DNA of 64,000 nucleotides, taken from positions 226,887 to 290,886 of the IMG/VR virus record IMGVR_UViG_3300029288_000057; one strand, given 5' to 3'. Under the pieces are notes generated by a model that worked only from the letters and a program-made list of their open reading frames with translations, had not been told where the DNA came from and ran no database searches. This DNA comes from a virus (Duplodnaviria > Caudoviricetes). Position numbers and translations under genes: made by a program. Each line of letters begins with the position of its first letter. Position 1 is the stretch's first letter. Shown in pieces: positions 19,323 to 28,990 of this stretch.

Positions 19323-21425
19323 ATGGCAGACGAATCAAAAAAAGGCGCAAGTATATTTGGCGGAGTATTAGACGCAATTAACACAAGTAGAAGAAAGAAA
19401 AGCACCATAGACCCCAGAAGTCCAGGCATGGGTGTTACTCAAACAATGCCAACTCTTGACCCACAGGGCGGTGTTGAGCATATGCAACAACAGTTTTTAG
19501 ACTGGCAAGTACACAAAATATCTCATGATTTATATACGAGAACAATTTATTACGACACTGATAGAATAAGTGCATATCAGGATTTCAGAGCTATGGATGG
19601 AACACCAGAAATAGCTGCGGCTTTAAATATAATTCGTGATGAGTGTTTAACGAGAAGTGAACGTGGGAATATTCTTGAGGTTTATTCAGAAAACAAAAGG
19701 GTTAAGCAAGTTTTACAAGATTTGTTCAAAAACGTTATAAATGTTGATTTTAACTTAAGGCTTTGGATAAGAGATTTAGTAAAATATGGAGATTATTTTG
19801 TATTGTTGCAAATCGACAAAGAGGTTGGTATATATGATTTTCTTACGCCTCCAATGGAAGAGGTACACAGAGAAGAAGGGTTTGATGGAAGGACAAGTTC
19901 GATAAGATTCAGATGGGAAACTACTGGTGATTATTTTGAAGAATGGCAAATAGCACATTTTAGATTGTTAGAAGACAGCAGAAAACTTCCCTATGGACGT
20001 TCGATATTGGACTCAAGTAGAAAACTTTGGAAACAATTGCAGCTTGCAGAAGACGCAATGCTTGTTTACCGTATTACAAGGGCACCAGACAGAAGAATTT
20101 TTTACATTGAGGTTGGTAATTTGCCAGATGCTGATGTAAAAACCTACATGGGAAAAATTCAGAATCAAATCAGGAAACAGCCAATTATTGATGTTAAGAC
20201 TGGTAATACGACACAAAAATATGACCCAGAAAATGTAACAGAAGATTATTGGATACCGATTAGAGGAGATAAATCTTCGAAGGTGGAAACGTTACCAGGC
20301 GCATCAAACATGGGAGATATCCATGATATTGAATATTTACAGAACAAATTATTTGCAGCACTTCAGGTGCCAAAAACATATTTGAATTTTGCAGAATCAA
20401 TGCCAGGAGGAAGTACTCTTTCTCAAGCTGATATTAGATTCTCAAGAACAATTAATTCAATTCAGGAAGCTATTTTATTAGAGCTTAGAAGAGTTGCGAA
20501 TGTTCACTTATACTTTGCTGGTCTTTTAGATGATATAGACAATTTCCAACTTACACTGACAAATCCATCGACACAACAAGAGTTGTTGAAGTTGGAAACA
20601 ATGAAGGCGAGATTGGAAGTTTTTAAGGAATTCTTCAACACTGAAGCTACGGCTCCAGCATCTTATACTTGGGCTATGGAAAATGTATTAGGGTTCTCAA
20701 AGTCTGATATTAAATTAATGCTGAAGCAGAAAAAAGTTGAAAAGAAAATATTTGCTGAAATTGATAGTGCTGTTGAAACATATAAGAAAATTGGTTTGTT
20801 TGATGAATTGGATGAAAGATATGAAGACCCAGAAGCAGCGGCGGCAGTTGCTGCAGGCGGAGGCGCTGGTGCAGCAGGAGATGAAGGGGCAGGAGCAGAT
20901 ATGGGCGGCGGCGGAGGCGGCGGAAGCTTTGGTGGCATGGGAGGTGGATTAGACATGGGCGCAGGGATAACGCCAGAACCAGGCGCTGAGCCAGGTGCTG
21001 AACCAGGGGCGGAACCAGGAGCTGAGCCAGGGGCAGAAGAAGTTCCCCCATTAGCTGAAGGAAAAATGGTAAGATTTATGAAAAAATCAGATAAGAGAAT
21101 GAATAGTTTTATTAATGAACTATTGGGACCAGATGAAGAAATCATAAAACTTATGGAAGAAAAGCAAAAAAAGGAAGATAATGTTTTGGTAAAGAAAAAC
21201 AGCTCAATGAATATTAAAACAAAACAACTTTTGGAATCTATTGATAGGACAATTAACAGTGTTACTGTAACTGGTGAAACAAAGAGTGTTTTGAGTGAGG
21301 GCGAAGAACAGGCAGTTCCAAACGAAGATATTCTTTTTGAGGGAAATGAAAAAAACAATGAAAAAACAAAAGAAATATTCGAAGAATTGGATAAAATAAC
21401 ATATCCAGATACTGATACAAAATAA
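19323..21425 (+). CDS. Portal protein (gp20-like) with low-complexity C-terminal extension
   Basis: PYGRSIL, L.LAEDAMLVYRITRAPDRRIFYIEVGN, EDYWIP.RG and DIEYLQNKLFAAL.VPK. Confidence 0.95.
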   Translation: MADESKKGASIFGGVLDAINTSRRKKSTIDPRSPGMGVTQTMPTLDPQGGVEHMQQQFLDWQVHKISHDLYTRTIYYDTDRISAYQDFRAMDGTPEIAAALNIIRDECLTRSERGNILEVYSENKRVKQVLQDLFKNVINVDFNLRLWIRDLVKYGDYFVLLQIDKEVGIYDFLTPPMEEVHREEGFDGRTSSIRFRWETTGDYFEEWQIAHFRLLEDSRKLPYGRSILDSSRKLWKQLQLAEDAMLVYRITRAPDRRIFYIEVGNLPDADVKTYMGKIQNQIRKQPIIDVKTGNTTQKYDPENVTEDYWIPIRGDKSSKVETLPGASNMGDIHDIEYLQNKLFAALQVPKTYLNFAESMPGGSTLSQADIRFSRTINSIQEAILLELRRVANVHLYFAGLLDDIDNFQLTLTNPSTQQELLKLETMKARLEVFKEFFNTEATAPASYTWAMENVLGFSKSDIKLMLKQKKVEKKIFAEIDSAVETYKKIGLFDELDERYEDPEAAAAVAAGGGAGAAGDEGAGADMGGGGGGGSFGGMGGGLDMGAGITPEPGAEPGAEPGAEPGAEPGAEEVPPLAEGKMVRFMKKSDKRMNSFINELLGPDEEIIKLMEEKQKKEDNVLVKKNSSMNIKTKQLLESIDRTINSVTVTGETKSVLSEGEEQAVPNEDILFEGNEKNNEKTKEIFEELDKITYPDTDTK
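20976..21035 (+). repeat. Five tandem 12-bp EPGA-coding repeats in the portal tail
   Basis: GA(A/G)CCAGGNGCN x5. Confidence 0.9.
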
Positions 21426-21637
21426 TGGATTTTTATAATTTAAAAAATGACTGGGAAAACCACAAAACCTTAACTGATGAATTAGAAAAGGATTTGGAGA
21501 ACTTTGTAAAAAGGCCTATGTCAAGAAAGTGGGGAGCTTTTATAAGAAAGAAATCAAAAGAAATTGACAGGTTGGGGAAAAGAATTAAAAAAAACATTAT
21601 CCTACAAAGGCAAGATTATCAGAGCGATTATAGTTAA
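21425..21637 (+). CDS. Small helical protein, possibly Bacteroidota Hc1 histone-H1-like
   Basis: E.D...F......G..IRK.S.EI..L.K..(K/R) pattern; start overlaps the portal stop. Confidence 0.4.
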   Translation: MDFYNLKNDWENHKTLTDELEKDLENFVKRPMSRKWGAFIRKKSKEIDRLGKRIKKNIILQRQDYQSDYS

Positions 21638-21661
21638 GTCAGATTTATTCTGACTTTTTTT
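21636..21661 (+). terminator. Intrinsic terminator
   Basis: AAGTCAGA-TTTAT-TCTGACTT followed by a T-run. Confidence 0.7.
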
Positions 21662-21683
21662 ATGAAAATTCATAACTTTTTCT

Positions 21684-21691
21684 TATATTTG
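21684..21691 (+). promoter_or_regulatory. Bacteroidota -7 element TATATTTG upstream of dnaE
   Basis: TAnnTTTG ending 17 nt before the ATG. Confidence 0.55.
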
Positions 21692-21707
21692 CGTATATTG
21701 AAAAAAG

Positions 21708-24700
21708 ATGAGCACTTTTAACATTGATAACCTTGATTTGAGGGCATCAGACGGACAGGTCGATAAAAATCAAATAGTGGATATTAGAACTGTTTCTATT
21801 GACAACAATATAAACGGTGTTTTTAAACCCTTTGTACATTGCCATTGCCACTTCTATACATCCATTTTAGATGGATGTATGAGTATTGATGATGCTATAA
21901 CGTTAGCAAAGAAATATAATCATCCTGCAATTTGTATGACTGACCATGGTAGTGTTGCTGGAACATTTGAGTTTTACAGAAAGTGTAAAAAAGCTGGAAT
22001 AAAACCCATTATAGGGATTGAAGCATACGTGAATGATAAAATGGGAGATTTTGAAGAAGAAAAAAAATACGAAGGAGGAAACTCTCACCAAATTATTCTT
22101 GTAAAAAACAAGCAAGGGTTTGTTAATCTTAATAAATTAGTATATAAATCTTTTTCAGAAGGGTTTTATAAAAGAGGAAGAATTAAAACAGAATGGTTAT
22201 TCGAACATAAAGAAGGTTTAATTGTTACAACTTCCTGTATGGGCAGTTATATGGGAAAGCTTTTGATGGATAAAAAGGCGCCAGAGGCAGAGGCGTATTT
22301 TAAAAGGTTAAGAGATGAGTTTGGAGAAGATTTCTACGCAGAAATTCAATTGAACGAATTAAATGCTCAAAAATATTATAATAGTTTTATTATCGAAATG
22401 GCTGCAAAATATAACGTAAAAGTTATAATTACTTCTGATGTTCATTATGCTTTTCCAGAAGATGCAGAATTGCAAGACACCCTTCTTGCAATTAATCGAA
22501 AGAGTCAACTTGGCCATTCGTTTAAGTTTAATGCAAGAAGTTTATATTACGCTAGTAGCAAAGATATACATGACTTCAATTATAAATTTTCTTATGATTA
22601 TCCTTCTAATTTCATTGATGTATGTTTAGAAAACACATTAGAAGTTTCAAATAAATGTAATTTTGATTTTGAAATTGGTGTGGAGAAATTCCCAAGGTAT
22701 GAGCCCACAGAAGATGTAATAAAGTTTTGTAATTCATCGGAGTCATCAGAAATAATTAAAAAAATTGCATTCTTAAAGTTAAAACAAAAATTAAACAAGT
22801 ATAAAGAAAACGGTATTGTTAAGCTTGATGATGCAAAAGTTAAGGAATATGTAGACCGTTTGAATTATGAAATAAGTGTAATCGAAGAAAGAAAAATGCT
22901 GGATTATTTTTTGGTCAACTGGGAAATAATTCAAGATTACAGAAAAAAAGGATTTGACGTAGGACCTGGAAGAGGCTCTGCATCTGGTTGTTTGCTTACT
23001 TGGTGTTTGGAAATAACGAAAATTGACCCCATAAGATTTGGACTTTACTTTGAAAGATTTTTAAATCCAACTAGAGTAGGTCCTCCCGACCTTGACATAG
23101 ACTACATGTCAGATACACGTCATATTACAGAAGAATTTTTGATAAACAAATATGGGAAAGAAAGAATTCTGCACGTATCTACATTCTCTACATTTAATGA
23201 AAAGGGGTGTTTGAAGGATGTTGTAAGAGCACATCACGGAGAAGAGGCAACTGGATACGATTCTGTGGTATTTCAAGTAACAAGAGAAATGCCAGAATGG
23301 TCAAAAGTGGATTATACTTTAAAAGATTGGTTTGAACAGTGGCCAAATGAAAAAGAGTGTTCCCCCGCAGTAAGACAATGGCTCACAGACCCGACAAATA
23401 AAAAGATTTTAGAACAAACACTTAAATTACAAGGTCAAATCAGGGGAGTTGGACAGCATGCGGCTGGCGTTGTGATTACTCCAACCGAATGTTGGAATGA
23501 TATTCCCACAAACATAATAGCTTCAAATAAAAGTATTGTTACTGCATTCTCAGAAGCAGATGGTAGCAATAAGGACTTATCTCAATTAGGCATCTTAAAG
23601 CTCGATATGCTTAGTTTGGAGACTTTAAATGTTATAAAAGATGCTATTGAATTGATTAAAAAAAGCAAAAACATTGACATAACGGACAATATTGACTATT
23701 TGGACTTGGACGATATAAATATTTATACAGAATTAAGGCTTGGATTAAACCAGGGAGTGTTTCAGTTTGAAAGTGCGGGAATGAATGCGCTGATTAAAGG
23801 AATTAAAGTTGAAAATTTTAATGAATTGGTTGCTGCCAATGCACTATATCGTCCAGGGCCAATGGGAATCGGAGCACATCAAGATTACGTTAAAAACAAA
23901 TTTAAACCAGGAGATATAAAATATCTTCATCATTCTCTTCAGTCTATTTTAGAAGAATCAAATGGTGTGTTGATTTTTCAAGAACAAGTTATGTTTATCG
24001 CAAGTAAAATTGGAGGAATGAATTTGGGAGAAGGAGATATGCTTAGACGATATATGGACAAGGCGGCAAAGTTAATTGATAAAGAAGCGAGGGGAGAGGT
24101 TTTAACTCCAGAAGAGAAGGTAAGTAGCTCTTATCAAAACTTCGAAAAGTATTGGAATAAATTTTTGGATGGTGCCGTTAGGAATGGATATCAAAAAGAA
24201 GTAATGGAACAGATTAAAAATTGGATGATTAAGTATTTGGGATATTCGTTCAACAGGTCCCACTGCGTATGCTATTCATATATAGCGTGTCAGACGCTTT
24301 ATTTAAAGCATTACTTTAGCACAGAATTTTACACCGCATTATTAAATCATATAAAATCAAATACCGATAAAGAAAAAGAAAGACAGTGGCTTGCATCTGC
24401 GATTGCATCTGCGATGTCAAAAGGTATAACGATTGCACCACCCTCAAAACGTTCAGGGTGGAATTGGACAATGACAGGAGAAAAAGAAATTTCCATGGGA
24501 TTCTCTGGAATAAATGGTCTTGGAGATAAGGCGTATAAAGAGTTGATGGAACTTTTGGAAAAATCAGGAGAAACCTTGGAATCAATAAAATTACATAAGT
24601 TTTTTAGTTTACCATTCTCAACTTTCAACAAAAAAGCTTTCGAAGTTTGTGTGAAAGCGGGCGTGTTTGATGATTGGACGGTATCAAGGGAATATTTAAT

Positions 24701-25217
24701 AGAATTGAAAAGTAAAAAGAAAAAGAAAGAAATCCCAGGGCAATTAGCCATCTTTGATTTAAACTCTGATGAATTTACTTCTAATATAAAAAGCGATTCT
24801 ATCATTCCTACAAGCCCAGCCCAAAAGACCAGAGAGTTTGTGGAGGTGTGTAATTTTGATTTAGCAAAAATTGAAGAGATGGCAGCTATTAAAATGGAAT
24901 TGCATCAAAAGGCAGGGAGAGTTATCGATAGTATACTTAATTTTTCTGACAATGATTACTACTTCTTTTATTTAGACAGTGTTCAAGAGGCCGTTTCTGA
25001 AAAGGGAGGAAATTATTTAAACTTAAAGGTTGGAGATGGAATAAGCTCCACAAGTTTGAGAGTATTTCCACCGAGGAAAAAGACAGATAAAGCAGATATA
25101 TACGATTTTATTAAAGCAAACGCTCAAACCAAGGGGATTTTTGTGTCAGAATTTGTAAAAAATGGAAAAGGTTTCATAAATTTTAAACAAAATGCTAAGT
25201 TTAAACGTATAAAGTAA
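21708..25217 (+). CDS. dnaE: DNA polymerase III alpha subunit (family C)
   Basis: PHP motifs HCH..S.LDG, TDHG and SDVHY; GPGRGSA; FERFLNP.R..PPDLDID; HAAGVVI; KLDML; FQFES; LYRPGPM; YSFNRSH. Confidence 0.96.
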   Translation: MSTFNIDNLDLRASDGQVDKNQIVDIRTVSIDNNINGVFKPFVHCHCHFYTSILDGCMSIDDAITLAKKYNHPAICMTDHGSVAGTFEFYRKCKKAGIKPIIGIEAYVNDKMGDFEEEKKYEGGNSHQIILVKNKQGFVNLNKLVYKSFSEGFYKRGRIKTEWLFEHKEGLIVTTSCMGSYMGKLLMDKKAPEAEAYFKRLRDEFGEDFYAEIQLNELNAQKYYNSFIIEMAAKYNVKVIITSDVHYAFPEDAELQDTLLAINRKSQLGHSFKFNARSLYYASSKDIHDFNYKFSYDYPSNFIDVCLENTLEVSNKCNFDFEIGVEKFPRYEPTEDVIKFCNSSESSEIIKKIAFLKLKQKLNKYKENGIVKLDDAKVKEYVDRLNYEISVIEERKMLDYFLVNWEIIQDYRKKGFDVGPGRGSASGCLLTWCLEITKIDPIRFGLYFERFLNPTRVGPPDLDIDYMSDTRHITEEFLINKYGKERILHVSTFSTFNEKGCLKDVVRAHHGEEATGYDSVVFQVTREMPEWSKVDYTLKDWFEQWPNEKECSPAVRQWLTDPTNKKILEQTLKLQGQIRGVGQHAAGVVITPTECWNDIPTNIIASNKSIVTAFSEADGSNKDLSQLGILKLDMLSLETLNVIKDAIELIKKSKNIDITDNIDYLDLDDINIYTELRLGLNQGVFQFESAGMNALIKGIKVENFNELVAANALYRPGPMGIGAHQDYVKNKFKPGDIKYLHHSLQSILEESNGVLIFQEQVMFIASKIGGMNLGEGDMLRRYMDKAAKLIDKEARGEVLTPEEKVSSSYQNFEKYWNKFLDGAVRNGYQKEVMEQIKNWMIKYLGYSFNRSHCVCYSYIACQTLYLKHYFSTEFYTALLNHIKSNTDKEKERQWLASAIASAMSKGITIAPPSKRSGWNWTMTGEKEISMGFSGINGLGDKAYKELMELLEKSGETLESIKLHKFFSLPFSTFNKKAFEVCVKAGVFDDWTVSREYLIELKSKKKKKEIPGQLAIFDLNSDEFTSNIKSDSIIPTSPAQKTREFVEVCNFDLAKIEEMAAIKMELHQKAGRVIDSILNFSDNDYYFFYLDSVQEAVSEKGGNYLNLKVGDGISSTSLRVFPPRKKTDKADIYDFIKANAQTKGIFVSEFVKNGKGFINFKQNAKFKRIK

Positions 25218-25218
25218 T

Positions 25219-25617
25219 ATGAATGCTGAAGAAGAATATAAAAGGCTTTTTAAAGAAAAACTTGAACGATTTAATAATTTTGTAAAAGCAGAGCAATCAA
25301 AACCAAAAAAAATTGATGGTAAGGTGTTGAAGGTTTTAATGGATTACCTTCAGCGCAATGAAAACGGCAATGAAAGAAATAAAGAAAATGTACAGTATTC
25401 TTGTAAAAGGAAGATTGGAGTTTTTGATAAATTTGCAGCTTTTTTTGAATTTTATATGAAAGAGAACACTGAAGGGTTTAGGTTGATTGGATTTACAGAT
25501 ATAGAGATTTATGAGCTTGCAAAATGTTATAGGCTTTTTAATCATACATATTATTCACCTACAGAATATAGTAAAGCGTTAGTGAAAATTTTTGAAGTTA
25601 AACTAGAGAAATTATGA
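25219..25617 (+). CDS. Hypothetical protein (paralog of 26053-26481)
   Basis: Shared LF.....NFV..E N-terminus and K.YR...VKIF..K..KL C-terminus. Confidence 0.6.
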   Translation: MNAEEEYKRLFKEKLERFNNFVKAEQSKPKKIDGKVLKVLMDYLQRNENGNERNKENVQYSCKRKIGVFDKFAAFFEFYMKENTEGFRLIGFTDIEIYELAKCYRLFNHTYYSPTEYSKALVKIFEVKLEKL

Positions 25618-26048
25618 GAGATATTGTTTATGTTGATATGGATGATTGCTTGTGTAAATTCATGAAGGCATTTATTATTGCAAGAAAGGCAGAGCCAGGA
25701 ATTGTTTACCCCCAATCACAATATAAGTTTTTCGAAAACTTAGAGCCCATTGATGGTGCGGTTGAAGCTTATAAAAAATTGAAAGAAAAATATGAAGTTT
25801 TCATTTTGAGCAGACCATCAGTTTATAATCCACTTTCTTATACAGAAAAGAGAATTTGGGTTGAAAAGCACTTCAGTTTTAAAGAGTGCGATAATCTGAT
25901 TTTATCCTGTGACAAGACTTTATTGAGGGGGAAATACCTTATTGATGACCAAGTGCAAACGGGATTGTTGGTTCCTGAGTGGGAACATATACATTTTGGG
26001 GGAGAAAAATTTCCAGATTGGGAATCTATTTTAAATTATTTGATGTAG
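25614..26048 (+). CDS. 5'(3')-deoxyribonucleotidase, NT5C/HAD family
   Basis: YVDMDD.L, FF.NLEPI.GA.EA, EKRIWV.KHF, DK.LL.G.YLIDD and FPDW. Confidence 0.9.
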   Translation: MRDIVYVDMDDCLCKFMKAFIIARKAEPGIVYPQSQYKFFENLEPIDGAVEAYKKLKEKYEVFILSRPSVYNPLSYTEKRIWVEKHFSFKECDNLILSCDKTLLRGKYLIDDQVQTGLLVPEWEHIHFGGEKFPDWESILNYLM

Positions 26049-26052
26049 GGAT

Positions 26053-26481
26053 ATGGAAGAAGATTTTGAAGCTGCGTGGGAAGTTCTTTTTCGAGCCAGA
26101 TATGAAGAAGTGTCAAATTTCGTCAATTCAGAAAAAGAAAAAAGTGAAGGACTTTGTAAAAAAACCCAAGCTGCTTTTTACCGATGTCTTGAAGAGAAAA
26201 GGTGTAAAGGTTTTGATGACGATGAAATTATAAAACCTGTTGTGGACTTCAAAAACTACTCATCTGGAAGAAAAGCTAGATTCTTTGATGAATATGGTTA
26301 TTTTGACGAAGGTGTTTTAAAAGAAAAAGAATCTAAACTTATATTTAAAGAAATAGTATTTTGCGTAGAAGAAATAGAGAGTTATTCAAAATCTTACAGA
26401 ATAATATCCATTGAAGATGCAACATCAAATTATAAAAATTGTTTCGTCAAAATATTTGATTTTAAACCACCTAAATTATGA
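26053..26481 (+). CDS. Hypothetical protein (paralog of 25219-25617)
   Basis: Shares N- and C-terminal patterns with 25219-25617. Confidence 0.6.
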   Translation: MEEDFEAAWEVLFRARYEEVSNFVNSEKEKSEGLCKKTQAAFYRCLEEKRCKGFDDDEIIKPVVDFKNYSSGRKARFFDEYGYFDEGVLKEKESKLIFKEIVFCVEEIESYSKSYRIISIEDATSNYKNCFVKIFDFKPPKL

Positions 26482-27179
26482 GTACAGAGAATTCGACGGG
26501 AGACCAAACGTGCCCCATTTGCGGAAATTGGATGGTTCTTCACACAAAGCCATGTGAAACTCCCCCAGATAAAACATACAGAGCAATAAGGCATGATGTT
26601 ACCAGAAAAAAACAGCGTGAAAACAGTAATGAGGTTCATCATCCAGAGCAAAAAAAGGCACAAATTGATAAAATACTGGAAGGAAAGACTGATTTAAAAA
26701 TAATGGAGCTTTTTGCTGGGCACGGAAACCTAACATCAACATATAATCAATATATCGGCGAGAAGGGGTTTTTGGAGCAATATGACAAAGAATTAAAGAC
26801 TGGTGATAGTTATCTACTATTTCACAAATTAATCGCTGAGAGGCGAAAATATGACGTTATTGATGTCGACCCCTACGGATTTCCAGTTAAATTCCTTCCA
26901 GACGGCTTTCTTTTGATGCAGGATGGGATAATGTTTATGACAATGCCGAAGCCATGGGTTAATATAGCCAATGGAATTACAAAACAACTTTTAACTTGTT
27001 ATTTTGGCAGCGGCAAACCAAGTTTGGAAGTCATTCAAGAAAAAATAAGATTATACGCATTATGTCACTGGAGAAGTGTTGAATACTTGGATGTAATTGA
27101 TTTTGGTCGTCTATGGAGAATGGTAATGAGAGTCAAACGGGTTAAGGCTACTGAATATACGGGGGTTAGAAACCGTTAA
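26478..27179 (+). CDS. Class I SAM-dependent methyltransferase, Trm1/TcmP-like
   Basis: Motif I IMELFAGHG and YDVIDVDPYG.P..FL...G..F.T; N-terminal CPICG. Confidence 0.7.
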   Translation: MSTENSTGDQTCPICGNWMVLHTKPCETPPDKTYRAIRHDVTRKKQRENSNEVHHPEQKKAQIDKILEGKTDLKIMELFAGHGNLTSTYNQYIGEKGFLEQYDKELKTGDSYLLFHKLIAERRKYDVIDVDPYGFPVKFLPDGFLLMQDGIMFMTMPKPWVNIANGITKQLLTCYFGSGKPSLEVIQEKIRLYALCHWRSVEYLDVIDFGRLWRMVMRVKRVKATEYTGVRNR

Positions 27180-27763
27180 ACCAATATTTTATCGAGCATA
27201 TCACACTTTAGGCTGTCATAAGCATTTTGAAGCGTGCTTGATAATGATTTTTCTCCCTTTTCTTTTAGCACATTAGCCAACACACTTTCAATCAAATACT
27301 CTTTCCACTCACTTATTGAATTTTCACCCAGGTTTTTTTCCTTATGTTTAAACTCTTTTAACAACAAATAATCTTTGTGGAGCCTATTGTTTATAAAGAG
27401 TTTTATTTTTGATGTGACGTCTTTTTCATTTCCCTTTACGTGATTTTCTTTCATTATTTTTGTAATATAATTATAAATCTCGAATTGAGAAGCACTGAAA
27501 ATGCAATCTATAACAATTCTCACTTGTGGTTCAGTAATTTCTTCTACATATTTCTGACTGGAAATCTTCAAATATTTTAATATTTCTTGATTAACCAAAG
27601 AATTATCGTTAAGTTGCTCTCCTATTCTTTTATAAAAAAGGCTTTGTTCTTCCTTTTCTCTTCTGCTCTTTTTTTCTTTCTGTCTTTCTTTAATTAAATC
27701 ATAGATAAAATATAAAACAAGAAGGGCAATCATTGAAATTGCTATTATAATCTTTGTCTCCAT
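27176..27763 (-). CDS. Single-pass membrane protein, possibly holin-like
   Basis: Likely start METKIII; N-terminal TM IIIAISMIALLVLYFIY; TATTTATA on the minus strand at 27781-27788. Confidence 0.55.
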   Translation of the reverse strand: METKIIIAISMIALLVLYFIYDLIKERQKEKKSRREKEEQSLFYKRIGEQLNDNSLVNQEILKYLKISSQKYVEEITEPQVRIVIDCIFSASQFEIYNYITKIMKENHVKGNEKDVTSKIKLFINNRLHKDYLLLKEFKHKEKNLGENSISEWKEYLIESVLANVLKEKGEKSLSSTLQNAYDSLKCDMLDKILV

Positions 27764-27843
27764 TTTACAGTAGTGTTTAATATAAATAAGCTCTAAAAAA
27801 CAAAACAATAAGTTTTTTTTAATATTTATATAAAAATATAGTA

Positions 27844-28293
27844 ATGGTTAGCGATAAGAAGAAGGTTTCTCGAATGTTGTGGGGTATGAAAAAGAGAGCA
27901 AAAGCACCTTTATATGCCGCAAAAAAGGCGAAATTTATTGAAAACCAAGCTAAGAAGATGACCAGGAAAATGACCTGGCCAGAAAGAGAATTTAAGAAGC
28001 TTATGGGGGAATTGGGAATAAAAATCACGCCCCAGAAGATTGTGGGGGGTAAGATTTTTGATTTTTACATCCCATCAATAAACGTTCTTGTGGAAATTGA
28101 TGGAAATTATTGGCATGGAGACAAAGAATTGTATGAAGAATTGAATTCGGTACAAAGGAGAGCTATAAAAAACGATGAATATAAAGACGCTTTGGCTATA
28201 GGCTTTGGATATGGAATAGAAAGAGTGTGGGAAAGTGATTTAAAAAAGAATTATAATCAAGTGAAAGAAAGAATGAGAAAATTAACAAAATAA
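27844..28293 (+). CDS. DUF559/Vsr-like endonuclease
   Basis: MT.PE..F, FDFYIP...VEIDGNYWHG, D..K..LA..G and RVWE.D. Confidence 0.8.
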   Translation: MVSDKKKVSRMLWGMKKRAKAPLYAAKKAKFIENQAKKMTRKMTWPEREFKKLMGELGIKITPQKIVGGKIFDFYIPSINVLVEIDGNYWHGDKELYEELNSVQRRAIKNDEYKDALAIGFGYGIERVWESDLKKNYNQVKERMRKLTK

Positions 28294-28295
28294 TT

Positions 28296-28982
28296 ATGAA
28301 AAATCTGTTGAGAAAGTATATTAAAGAGCAGGTTGTTAATATTATTGAGGGGCTTATAAAAACGCACTCAACTAGAGCATCAAAAAAAATATTAGACAGA
28401 AAGTTTTCCATCAGCAATTTAAAAACCAAAGAAGATACCTCTACCAATAGGTTAATTATAGACATCACCAATTTCAATTATTTTGGTGAATTGTTTGCCT
28501 TAATAAACAATTTGGGATATTTTGTTTCTGCAATTGATTTGTATACGATTGATGATGATTTTAGTTATGAAAAGTTTTCTGAGGATAAACTAGCAAAAAT
28601 TATAAAGGAGAAAGGAAAGTATAAAAAAATAGAATTAATTTTAGAGGCAAAATTTGACGAACAAATTAGTGTCCCAAAAGTTTTATTCCATGTAACAAAA
28701 AAAAACAAAATTGAGAAAATTGTAAAAGATGGGATTATTCCTAAGTCTTATTCTAAACTAACTTATCATCCAGATAGAATTTACGTAACAAATTCTGTTG
28801 CTAATGCTAAAAGTTTTATAGATAGAATCAAAAAAGAAGGAGAGTCTTATATAATTTTAGGTATAAAAACAGACTTAGTTCCAAATATAAAAATTTATGA
28901 TGACCCAAACTATAAATTGCTTGGATATTATGTTTTAGAAAATATCCCTCCAAGTGCATTGTTTTTTGTGTCAGAAATTTAA
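28296..28982 (+). CDS. ADP-ribosyltransferase-fold protein (Tpt1/KptA NAD-lobe-like) with virion-type leader
   Basis: P.VLFHVT....I.KDGIIP...RIYVT...A...IL.I...IPPSAL. Confidence 0.65.
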   Translation: MKNLLRKYIKEQVVNIIEGLIKTHSTRASKKILDRKFSISNLKTKEDTSTNRLIIDITNFNYFGELFALINNLGYFVSAIDLYTIDDDFSYEKFSEDKLAKIIKEKGKYKKIELILEAKFDEQISVPKVLFHVTKKNKIEKIVKDGIIPKSYSKLTYHPDRIYVTNSVANAKSFIDRIKKEGESYIILGIKTDLVPNIKIYDDPNYKLLGYYVLENIPPSALFFVSEI

Positions 28983-28990
28983 GCACGACT

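Noticed and set aside
20663-21358. 231-aa antisense ORF with Pro-rich repeats
   Set aside because: Mirror of the portal's Gly/EPGA low-complexity tail.
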